Shown: one piece after another, positions 26,381 to 37,800 of the stretch
Numbering within the stretch: position 1 is the stretch's first letter
How the letters are laid out: each line of letters begins with the position of its first letter
DNA from: Hormiphora californensis
Taxonomy: Eukaryota > Animalia > Ctenophora
Assembly (NCBI GenBank): GCA_020137815.1
Contig: CM035355.1
Location: forward strand, 8,473,260 to 8,537,259
Direction of reading: 5' to 3'
DNA: 64,000 nucleotides
Translations under genes and position numbers: made by a program
The notes under the pieces: model-generated
Databases searched by the model: none
Seen by the model: only the letters and a program-made list of their open reading frames with translations
Told to the model about the DNA's origin: nothing

Positions 26381-27018
26381 TCACTGTGCCTATATCAATT
26401 AGAGTGTTAGAACAAACAAATCATCGGATAGGAAAATATTATTAATAATTGAAACGGGATTCGGATACTGATAAACTAAATGGAAAATGAGGAATACATT
26501 TTAACAACCATTGCATAATAGTGCACTGTTGAGCAATTCAATGTTGGAGTTGCCTGGCTACAAATGTAAAGGGAGGGTTGCTGGAGTGGGTTGTGCAATA
26601 TACAATACAACCAGCTGGGTGTGGCAGCAGCGTAGTGAGACTCTCACTGAGATCAATGGTCGCATAGGCGAAGGTGCATTGAAAAATGGAAATGCAAGAA
26701 TTAATGCAATTACATATATGGTTCATAAAAAGGTAGCTCGAAAACCTAGCTCATATAATTGATACAATGATACAGGATGGAGATAAATTGGTTACTGATC
26801 AGTTTCAACACAACTTACAGTATCGTCATGGCGACAAATGCACTGCAAGCATTTTGATAGGCGTGTCAAATATAAATTAATTGCATGAAATTAATTACTG
26901 CAACACAAATCGAAATTACATCACAATACATTAAATACATCAAATTCACTGATCAAAGAACTCTTTTTAGCGCCCTATAGCTTTTATATTTATCACTCTC
27001 TATCTTTCTCTCTCTTTC

Positions 27019-27096
<78 letters not shown>

Positions 27097-27099
27097 GCA

Positions 27100-27699
27100 G
27101 GGTGTGTCTCACTCCCCCCCCCGACATGGTAACTATCAGAACACATTATATTTTGTGTCCCCCTCCTCCCTCATCCCCGCCCGGCCCCTCCCCCACCCTC
27201 CCCGGGGCGTGTCTCCCCCGCCTCCCTCATCCCCGCCCGCCCCCTCCAACCCCTCTCCCGGGGTGTGTCTCTCCCCGACACGGTAAACTATATTCCCCAG
27301 AAACACATTATATTTTGTTTCCTGGTCTACCCCCCCTTATTTTTCCCCCCCCCCTCCCCACCCTCCCCGGGGCGTGTCTCCCCCGCCTCCCTCCTCCCCG
27401 CCCGCCCCCTCCAACCCCTCTCCCGGGGCGTGTCTCCCCCGACACGGTAACTATCAGAACACATTATGTTTTGTGTCTCCTCCCTGGCCTCTTCCCCCAC
27501 CCTCCCCCGGGGCGTGTCTCCCCCGCCTGCCTCCTCCCCGCCCGCCCCCTCCAACCCCTCTCCCGGGGCGTGTCTCCCCCGCCTCCCTCCTCCCCGCCCG
27601 CCCCCTCCAACCCCTCTCCCGGGGTGTGTCTCTCCCCGACACGGTAACTATCAGAACACATTATATTTTGTGTCTCCTCCCCTGGCCTCTCCCCCACCC

Positions 27700-27734
<35 letters not shown>

Positions 27735-27830
27735 GGCCCCCCCCCCCCCCCCCCCCCCTTTTTTTTGGGGGGGTCCCCCCCCCCCCCCCCCCTTTTTTTC
27801 CCCCCCCCCCCCCCCCCCCTTCCCCCGGGG

Positions 27831-27862
<32 letters not shown>

Positions 27863-27922
27863 TTGGGGGCCCCCCCCTTCCCCCCAAAACCCCCCTTTTT
27901 CCCCCCCCCCCCCTTCCCCCCG

Positions 27923-27961
<39 letters not shown>

Positions 27962-29045
27962 GGGGTTTTTTAAAAAAATTAAAAGGGCCCCCCCCCCCCT
28001 TTTCCCCCCCCGGGGTTTCCCCCCCCCCAAAACCCCCCCCCCTCCAAAACCCTTTTTGGGGGGGGGGCTTCCCCCCCCCCCCCAAACCCCCCCCCAAAAC
28101 CCCCCCCGGGGGCCCCCCCCCCCCCCCCCCCTTTTGGGCCCCCCCCCCCCCCCCCCTTTTCCCCCCTTTTCCCCCCCCCCCCCCCCCCCCCCCCCCCCCT
28201 TTCCCCCCGGGGGCCCCCCCCCCCCCCCCCCCCAAAACCCCCCCTTCCCCCGGGGGGCCCCCCCACGGGAAAATTTTCCCCCCGGGGGGGGGGGGGGGGG
28301 GGGCCCGGGGGAAAAAAGGGGGCCCCAGGGCCCCCCCTTTTTCCCCCCCCCCTTTTCCCCCTTTTCCCCCTTTTTTCTTTTTTTCCCCCCCCTTTTTTTT
28401 TTTTCCCTTTTTTCCCCCCCCCCCCTCTTTTTTAAGGGGGGGGGGGTTTTTTTGGGGGGGGGGCCCCCAAAGGGGGGGGGGGGGGGGGGGAAAAGGGGGG
28501 GGGGGGGGGGGGGGAAAAAAAAATTTTTGGGTTTTAAAAATTTAAAAATTTTAAAAAAAAAAAAATTTTTCCCCCCGGGAAAAAAATTTCAAAAAGGGGG
28601 GGGGGATTCCGGGGTTTTAAACCCTTTCGGGAAAAAAAAAGGGGAAAAAAGGGTTTTTAAATTTTTTTTAAAAAAAAAGGGGGGGGGCCGGGTGTGTCCC
28701 CCATCCTCCCTCCGGCTCCTCTCCCCACGCCCCCTCAACCTTCCCGGGCGTGTCTCCCCCGCCTCCCTCCTCCCCGCCCGCCCCCTCCAACCCCTCTCCC
28801 GGGGTGTGTCTCCCCCGACACGGTAACTATCAGAACACATTATATTTTGTGTCTCCTCCCCGGCCTCTCCCCCACCCTCCCCGGGGCGTGTCTCCCCCGC
28901 CTCCCTCCTCCCCGCCCGCCCCCTCCAACCCCTCTCCCGGGGTGTGTCTCCCCGCCTCCCTCCTCCCCGCCCGCCCCCTCCAACCCCTCTCCCGGGGTGT
29001 GTCTCCCCCGACACGGTAACTATCAGAACACATTATATTTTGTCA
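27100..29045. repeat. Compound C-rich tandem repeat (cccgacacggtaactatcagaacacattatattttgtgtc + cccggggcgtgtctcccccgcctccctcctccccgcc)
   Basis: Clear units at 27100-27700 and 28690-29045; the middle has collapsed into homopolymer runs. Confidence 0.8.
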
Positions 29046-29121
29046 GAGGAGCAACGTCGTGGAGGTTGTGGCGGCGATTATGCTATATACTGCTCTAAAT
29101 GCCTCGATGTCTCTCAGTCAA

Positions 29122-29245
<124 letters not shown>

Positions 29246-29315
29246 AGGGAGGTATTTCATGTTTCGAGATCGAAGCTGCCAAACTTCATAGAGAGGGAGA
29301 AAATGGAGAGAGATA

Positions 29316-29346
<31 letters not shown>

Positions 29347-30579
29347 GGAGATAGAGAGAGAAACCAATTATTACATGGGTCAAAAATAAAATTTAACTTG
29401 ACAAATTGAAAAAGATAAATTTCCATGAGAGACACAAGCAGGGTACTAACAATATGTAGAGACACAAGCAGGGTATTACCTGTTATTATTATTACCCTGC
29501 TAGGGTAAAGACATAGGTATAAGCAGGGATAAAGGGGGTAGAGTCATGTAGAGTATCATCACAGAGCGTGGGAAAAGAGAGATCAGATAGAAAGAGTAAG
29601 AGAGAGAGACACTTTGAAGGGGGTAGAGTCAAGTAGAGTATAACCGTGTTAGCCACACGGAACACATTGATCTTTAGAATAAAAGTATGAACAATTCAAG
29701 TACCACTATATAATAATTTCCATGTATGCCCCTTGTATAAAAATAAAATACAGGAGAGCTCTGAGCTCAAATACAATATATGGGTTCTCCGATAGGGTTC
29801 CACATTGATGCCTGAGTGAGATCGAGGTCGCACAGCGAGAATAGGTTGCAATGGACCCAAAGGGTTCCCCACGGCTCAGTACCACTACAACATACACAGC
29901 GAGAAAAAAAGAGAACTCGGAGCACTGTCACCCCTTCTGAAATTTATAATGCACCTCTCAACCGACTTCTTATCACCATATATGGTGAACTTGGCGACGT
30001 GGGTGGTGAACGTTATAAATAAATCGCTAAACGTGTACATTTAAGGAAGTCACCCACAGGTATATTGGCCGCTGCAACGGTGGCGATGCTGAAAGTTTTA
30101 GTTAAACTTTTAGGGGGGAATATAATATTTATATGCCCTTTTATGGACCTTCCAAACGAGGACAAAATGTCAAATATAAAAATAACTTTCTCTCCAGAGT
30201 CCTAGACACATCGAGGGTGGTCTTAACTTAATAAATCAGTGATAAAATTAGAACTATCCTAGATGAGAGGTTATCACAATTTCTAATTTAATCTCTGAGA
30301 TCTATTTTAAAACTGAGGCACCCCAACCTTGCAAAGCAGTCAGGGATGTCATGATACTCTACTCGTGTACTCCAGGATATGAAGGTCAGGCCAATGCACA
30401 TACACTCAGTGTCGGATTATTATTTTTCAGATAAGAAAAAATATGAAAAAATAAGAAAAAATCAACTTAAATTGCGGTGGGGTTCTACTCCTTGGGAAGT
30501 CGAGATACGTTGAAGTTTGTGACACACATTGAAATTATGAAGTTTCGAAGTTTAGCGGAAATTTGGAATTTAACATTTT

Positions 30580-30870
30580 TGACTGAGAATTCATTTCCAA
30601 GATGCTAATTCTTCACTGGTACATCTCTCGAAGTGTCCTTTATCCATACTGAGTCAATTTCACCGTTTTTGGCATTTTTGGCCAATCCAGCCACAGTTGT
30701 CTGGATTCACCAAAAATGCCCAAAACGGTGAAAGTGACTCAGTATGGATAAAGAACACCCCAAGAGATGTACCAGTGAAGAAATTAGCCTCTTGGAAATG
30801 ATTGAGATATGAATGAGAGATGTACCAGGCCAGTGAAGAAATTAGCCTCTTGGAAATAATTTCTCAGTCA
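30580..30870. mobile_element. Fold-back/MITE family copy 1 (palindrome centred ~30695)
   Basis: ~110-bp inverted arms (ttcttcactggtacatctct...ctgagtcaatttcaccgtttt / aaaacggtgaaagtgactcag...agagatgtaccagtgaagaa). Confidence 0.75.
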
Positions 30871-31313
30871 AAAATCGTTGATTCCCTATCAGAGCATTGG
30901 CCTGACCCTATTCTCAGGACTCTATTCTCAGGAGCGCACGAGAAATTTAGCCAGAGCATTAGCCTTACAGTTGAATCCATATATTTTTGATGAATTTTAA
31001 GCAATTTAGAACAACTTTTTTAAACAATTTTCAGCCCTTTTAGAAAACTTTTTTAACGAGTTTCAGCCATAAGGGGCTAAGCCCCCGGATCTACTAATAT
31101 TTGGAGGTCCTCCATGAATTCATTGGTTCGTTGGCATCGAGTTGACCCTTTCTCGTGTGCTGGTCTCCCATACTTGAAGCATAAATCAATTTCATAATTG
31201 GAATTTCATAATTAAAATAAAACCTTCTCAAAAAAGTGCCTAATGTCACTTTCTCTTTTATATAGTAGCCTCTCCTCCTAGTTTAATAGTTCGCAGTGAA
31301 TCGGTTTCAACCA

Positions 31314-31379
<66 letters not shown>

Positions 31380-31428
31380 TCCATATATCTCTCTCTCTCT
31401 CTCGCTCCTATCGCTCTCTCTCCACTCT

Positions 31429-31470
<42 letters not shown>

Positions 31471-32424
31471 TCTCTTTCTCTCTTGTCTTCCTCCCCTCTC
31501 TTCCGAAGCATTTCTTTTCCTCGACATTATTACTGACCGCACCCATCCTGTCAGAAAATGATCGAACTCAGATCGAGAGAGGAAGAGAGAGAGAAGGGAT
31601 TGGGCGAGAGAGAGAGAGGGAGTGAGAGAGAGAGAGAAGGAGAGGGGGGTAAAGTAAGAGAGGGTGATAGAGAGAGACAGGAAGATTAAAAGATACAGAT
31701 AAGGAGAGAAAGTAGTACGCAGCCAACTGCTACTATACCTCCTTTATCAAAAAGTCTAACAGTGCTGCTTCTAGTCGCATTACCGTAATGGAAATACAGT
31801 AATAACGCGCGGCAAAAAGTGCATTTGTTCAGCATGTACTAGCACCCTGATTGGCCACGGTTGCGTGTCGTCTTACTGTATCTCCGTTTTCCAACTACAA
31901 GCGACCGTGTTAGTAGTTAGTTGGGGGGGGGGGTTGGCTCCATTGCAACCTATTCTCGCTCCGTACTGAGATCGATCTCAGTCGCGCGCGACGTCGATCT
32001 CACTCAGGTATCAATGTGGCCAAGTTGGGGGGGGGGGTCTAGCCCTAAAAAGATAACGGTACCCTGATTTTGGTCGATAGTATTTTTTTAGCTTTTTTTA
32101 GCTTTTTTAGCCCCCATTTTCTTAAAAAATTCAAAATTATTTTTCTATTTCCTGAAAAAGGGCACAAAAAAGCTTTTAAATATTTAGACCCCCCCCCCTA
32201 GTTTGAGTTTTGTCTACTCTATTTCTAGTATCTAACTATAGTCTATACCTAATGAATGCAAATGTCTCTACTTCAACTTTGGGAATGGGAGAAGACACAC
32301 TGAAGTTGATCGGGACGAACTTACACTGAAGTTGATGGCGAGATCTCAACTGTCAGAGCATTGGCCTGACCCTATTCTCTTTTCTCTCATTTCGCGAAAA
32401 CTGTGGTCAGAGCATTGGCCTGAC

Positions 32425-33045
32425 AGGATCTCAACTTCGTGACACACTGTGACTGAAGTTCGAAGTTTCGCGGAAATATGGAATCAACCATCTTTGAATG
32501 AGAAATAATTATTTGCAAGAGGCCAATTTGAAATTTCTTCACTGGTACATCTCTCGATCAGATTTCCTTTTAGTAAAAGTTTTACACACTATACTTTTAC
32601 ACACTGAGTCAATTTCACCGTTTTTGGTGAATTGGGACCCGATAATTGTGACCGCCGACCGGATTACCACCGACCAAAGGCGGTGAAATTGACTCAGTAT
32701 AGTCTTCTTTTTTTTCAACTGTTCACCCCCCCCCCCCAAAGTTGTGTGCGGAATTGTTTTGTGGGTCTATCACATGTGTTAACGTGTCGTGGGCATGCCA
32801 GAAATGAAAATATCGCACGCGCATGTGCACGAGCTGGGGCCTGAACAGTTGAATAAAAATGGACTTAATGGATAAAGGACACATCGAGAGATGCAGTAGT
32901 ACTAGTGATATCAAGAAATTAGCCTCTTGCATGGCAACTGATTTCTTAGTAAAAAATGCATTTCCATACTTCCGCGAAACATCGAACTTCGAACTTCAGA
33001 CTGAAGTCTTCAGTGCGTGTCACGCGGTTAAGTTGAGATCTCAAG
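32425..33045. mobile_element. Fold-back/MITE family copy 2 (same family as 30580-30870)
   Basis: Shares ttcttcactggtacatctct, ctgagtcaatttcaccg and gaagttcgaagttt.gcggaaat motifs in inverted arrangement. Confidence 0.7.
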
Positions 33046-33084
33046 ACCAACTTCAATGGACACGGTGCTCCTGAAGGACGTTTA

Positions 33085-33302
33085 ACCTTCACCACATTGA
33101 TGCCTGAGTGAGATCGAGGTCACGCAGCGACCGAGATCGATCTCACATACATATTCTCCGCGGAGCGAGAATAGGTTGCAATGGAGCCAATCACCACGTG
33201 TGGAGGACCATTGTGGATCCATTGCAACCGAGTCACGGCCCCTCCCTGCCATGGCAACCTCGCTCCACGAATAATGTGAGATCTCACTCAGGTGCAAACC
33301 CG
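33085..33302. repeat. Dispersed repeat (ccacattgatgcctgagtgagatcga...gcgagaataggttgcaatgga); other copies at ~29795-29860 and inverted at ~31935-32020
   Basis: Three visible copies; this one ends in the inverted motif atctcactcagg. Confidence 0.65.
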
Positions 33303-33475
33303 TGAGTAAACCCGGGTTTATTGATCATGTAGCATCAGGCCATCAGAGAGTTCAACGCGGAAGAGAGGGGAGAAAAAGAAAAGAGATGCGAGAAACGATA
33401 GAGACAGATCCCTCGATTTTCGAGAGGGAGGAGGGGAGAGGGGAAGAGAGAGGAGACGAGAGAGGAGAGAGGGAG

Positions 33476-33507
<32 letters not shown>

Positions 33508-33581
33508 CAGAGAGAGAGAGAGACAGAGAGACAGAGAGACAGAGAGACAGAGAGATAGAGAGAGAGAGACAGAGAGAGAAA

Positions 33582-33616
<35 letters not shown>

Positions 33617-33932
33617 CAATCTCGTCAAATCGAAGAACATCAAAAGAGCTCGACTGAGGAAGTGTGTCAAGTGAGGAAGAGAAAATTCATAGAGGGGGGT
33701 CACTTCGTGTTTCTCTCTCTCTCCAAACGTGACGTCATTCGATGGAGAGAACTTCGTAACTACTCCCCCCAAAGTCGAGTTTAACTGAACAAGCCAAGCA
33801 CGAGGGGGTAGAGAAGGGGAGAGCTGGGAGCGGGAGGGAGAGAGGAGAGAGCAGAGGCTAGACGAGAGAGAAGCACGCGTGAGAGAGTCAAAGAGTACTA
33901 GGAGCTTCTAATTTAGTAGAGCTAGAATCTCT

Positions 33933-33985
<53 letters not shown>

Positions 33986-34252
33986 CTCCCTTCCCAACTT
34001 CTTGTCGGCTTTCTGCGGCTCTTGTGTAACCACAATTCATTCTTCGTGAGAATCGTTTAAAGGGAAGGCTCCAAGGAACTACCGATATGCCCAGTCGTGA
34101 TGAACTAAGTCACCAGCTTGTTGAGTACAATGATGAACACGATGGCGTGCTGCAATTGCATCACAATTGCCTCAAAACAGTTGGTGACATGTAGACTATT
34201 GTAGACAGTTGGATAATATCTCGTACCCGCCGGCAGTGACCGGTACATTAGG

Positions 34253-34454
34253 GGCCGAACTAAAAAGACCCTCACTTGGGTTTTGTGAAACTTCCCACGG
34301 TCACAGCTTAACCCCCTGACTTCAAATTTGAGGTTAGGAAGATCTTGGTATGATCTTCCTAGCCTCGAAATTTGAAGTCTATCTCATCAGGAGGTTGACC
34401 GTGGGAAGTTTCACAAAACTCTTTTTCTCAAGTGAGGGTCTTTTTAGTTTGGCC
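34253..34454. mobile_element. Palindromic MITE-like element
   Basis: ggccgaactaaaaagaccctcactt...gtgaaacttcccacggtc / gaccgtgggaagtttcac...aagtgagggtctttttagtttggcc. Confidence 0.7.
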
Positions 34455-34892
34455 GGAAGCAGCGCGCTGCGCGCGCTTGAGTCAGGATCGAGAGAGGGGG
34501 ACTTCGTGCAGAAGTTTTCTGTCGCAGCAAGTGCTGAAATTTCAACTTTCAACAGAATCGATACTGCGCGCGCTACATTATTTTCACAAGAACGGAGTTT
34601 GGACGGCAATCATCACAGTTCGGAGGCTTCTCGCTTTCACTTCCAATTCAACATCCATTGTTATCAATAATCAATTTAGGAGTCAAACAGTCTTGATTTG
34701 CAAAAACGGGTTTTTCACAAAGAATTCAATCAAAATTAACAAAAACGCAATTTATATTTAACTCGTGTCTCTAACAATTCGGGTAAAATAAACTTTGAAA
34801 CATCTCCGAATGTCTTTTTATTTTGTTCACACTATCCCCACTTCTGATCACTCTGTATTGTTAAATGTCTCTCTCTCTCTGTGGTGCGACTC

Positions 34893-37800
34893 TCATTGCT
34901 CCTCAGCAACTGCCCTGGGTTCATCACAACACAGAGCGTTTAGGATTTCTGATAACTTTGATTTATACTGTTCTTTATTAGTTACCAGTTGCTCGATGTA
35001 GGAATTAACTGACTCCAATAAACAATCTGAAGGAAAAGACAATTAAACAACTGTTACAATTGGATAAATATAATAAGCAGTGGACTGGGATGTGGCGGAT
35101 CGTATTGCTGTCTACATTCAGTACTCGCCTAATCAAGGATGAGATCAAATAAATCGAAATATAAGCAGAGATGAAAATGGAAATATTGCCACTTTTCAAA
35201 TTGGCTCTTTACCTAGCTCGGTGATAACATTTTGTTCCTTTTGACACGACCAATTAACTCGTTCTGTAATGTCTGACAGTAAAGATTCCCATTCTCCAAC
35301 TAAATCTCCTCCTTCCATCGAACTAGAACAATTGGGGGCGGTGGTTATACTACATAACAGCAATGCAGCAAGGGGTTGTCAAATGATGACAAACAAGAGA
35401 AGGGGAGTTGAGTAGTTGTGGAATGGGGGAGCTGAGCAGTTGTGGAATGTGGGTTTGGGTGGCAGGTAGCGGATTCGGGCAAACAAAACATACTTAATTC
35501 TAACAAAATATACAAAATTTTACATAGTACAGAACTACTCCGATAATAAAAAACAATTCCATTATACATCGTTCTACTGTTATCGAGGAATGGGCGGGTT
35601 CAACCCTCACACCCCAATTCCCGTCCTCTCAGAGAGACAAGGAAATAATTCCCGTCGTCAGAGAGTTGAATTTTAGCACACTGCAGATCGTACATTTGTG
35701 TTACCTGAAAGAAGGGGTGATATTAGGTCATTCGGTAAATATCTGGACAGGTATGTTTGTGAGAGAACGGAGCTAGATAGAGCCAAGCGACCTATTCCAG
35801 CGTCTTCCTTGGACATTTTTAGGTTGGACTAGGATGGTGGGAACCTTCGCCTGCTGGCAGTATTGCCTCACGAGCAATATGTTTCAATGCTACTCTAGCT
35901 GCCGCTTTATGCTAACTTTTAACTCAATTTTGGACCAATATGACCTACTTCCGGATCATTCGGAAAGTTTTTAACCCTATATATTGCTTATTAAATGCCT
36001 TGAGATACTCCATAAACCTTCCTGAAATTTTCGGATAAAATTTCTAGCATGGGGAAGCGATTTTCGCTAGATTTGGTAAAGCTGAATTTTAATTTTTTTT
36101 ACAAATGTTGAAAAAAGCCGCCATGAGCCAGGTACCCATTGACCGATCGTAATAAAACTAACATAGGACCTAGAAAATTGTATAAGCTAACATTTAACGT
36201 TGGATTCAAGTCATTTAGACGTTTAGAACGTACAAAAACGGCCATGAAGTGCGCAAGGAGCAATTTTGGCAAAAATCCAATTTTTAAGGATGAAGATGGA
36301 ATCTAAACGCTTCAATTATGGTTGCATCATCTTCAGGCTAAAAAAGTGATCTAGGAACACTGTTCAAACCGATCATCTGTCCCCAATAGAGAAAATGCCA
36401 TGACATATTCAATTATCCGTAGTGCCACAGTTTTTTCTTGCATAAAGCGGCAGCAAGAGTAGCATTGAAACATATTGCTCGTGAGGCAATACTGCCAGCA
36501 GGCGAAGGTTCCCACCATCCTAGTCCAACCTAAAAATGTCCAAGGAAGACGCTGGAACAGGTCGCTTGGCTCTATCTAGCTCCGTTCTCTCACAAACATA
36601 CCTGTCCAGATATTTACCGAATGACCTAATATTATTTGGCCGGGGTTACTAGGGGTTACTAGGGGTGATTAGAAGTTTAACTAACTAAACTAACTTTCTT
36701 ATCAAGGGATTAATTAACTCTCGAAAATTTGGCGTCTTTTCTATTTGGTATAAACTAAGAAGAATATTCCTTTGAGCCCGGGTTCTATTGGATTTTCCTA
36801 ATCTTGACTACAACAACTCACTGTTTCTAATGTTGGGGGTAATGAAGCCATCCAGTTTCCCACTGGCAATAAGATCAAATACACTCATTTGGGCCAATGA
36901 TAGATCCTCCTCTCCTCCCCCAGACAATAGTCGCACATCGTGATGAGGAATAACTTTTACTGGGGCCGCCTCTGTAGGTGCTGGGGTATCTGGGAGAGAA
37001 CGATGTTAAACTAACATTGTAGGTGCTGGGGTATCTGGGAGAGAACGATGTTAAACTAACATTGTAGGTGGTGGGGTATCTGGGAGAGAACGATGTTAAA
37101 CTAACATTGTAGGTGCTGGGGTATCTAGGAGAGAACGATGTTAAACTAACATTGTAGGTGCTGGGGTATCTGGGAGAGAACGATGTTAAACTAACATTGT
37201 AGGCGCTGGGGTATCTGGGAGAGAACGATGTTAAACTAACATTGTAGGTGCTGGGGTATCTGGGAGAGAACGATGTTAAACTAACATTGTAGGTGCTGGG
37301 GTATCTGGGAGAGAACGATGTTAAACTAACATTGTAGGTGCTGGGGTATCTGGGAGAGAACGATGTTAAACTAACATTGTAGGTGCTGGGGTATCTGGGA
37401 GAGAACGATGTTAAACTAACATTGTAGGTGCTGGGGTATCTGGGAGAGAACGATGTTAAACTAACATTGTAGGTGCTGGGGTATCTGGGAGAGAACGATG
37501 TTAAACTAACATTGTAGGTGCTGGGGTATCTGGGAGAGAACGATGTTAAACTAACATTGTAGGTGCTGGGGTATCTGGGAGAGAACGATGTTAAACTAAC
37601 ATTGTAGGTGCTGGGTATCTGGGAGAGAACGATGTTAAACTAACATTGTAGGTGCTGGGGTATCTGGGAGAGAACGATGTTAAACTAACATTGTAGGTGC
37701 TGGGGTATCTGGGAGAGAACGATGTTAAACTAACATTGTAGGCGCTGGGGTATCTGGGAGAGAACGATGTTAAACTAACATTGTAGGTGCTGGGGTATCT

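Noticed and set aside
27700-28690. Long poly-Pro/poly-Gly ORFs (formin- or extensin-like)
   Set aside because: Corrupted reading of the flanking C-rich tandem repeat.
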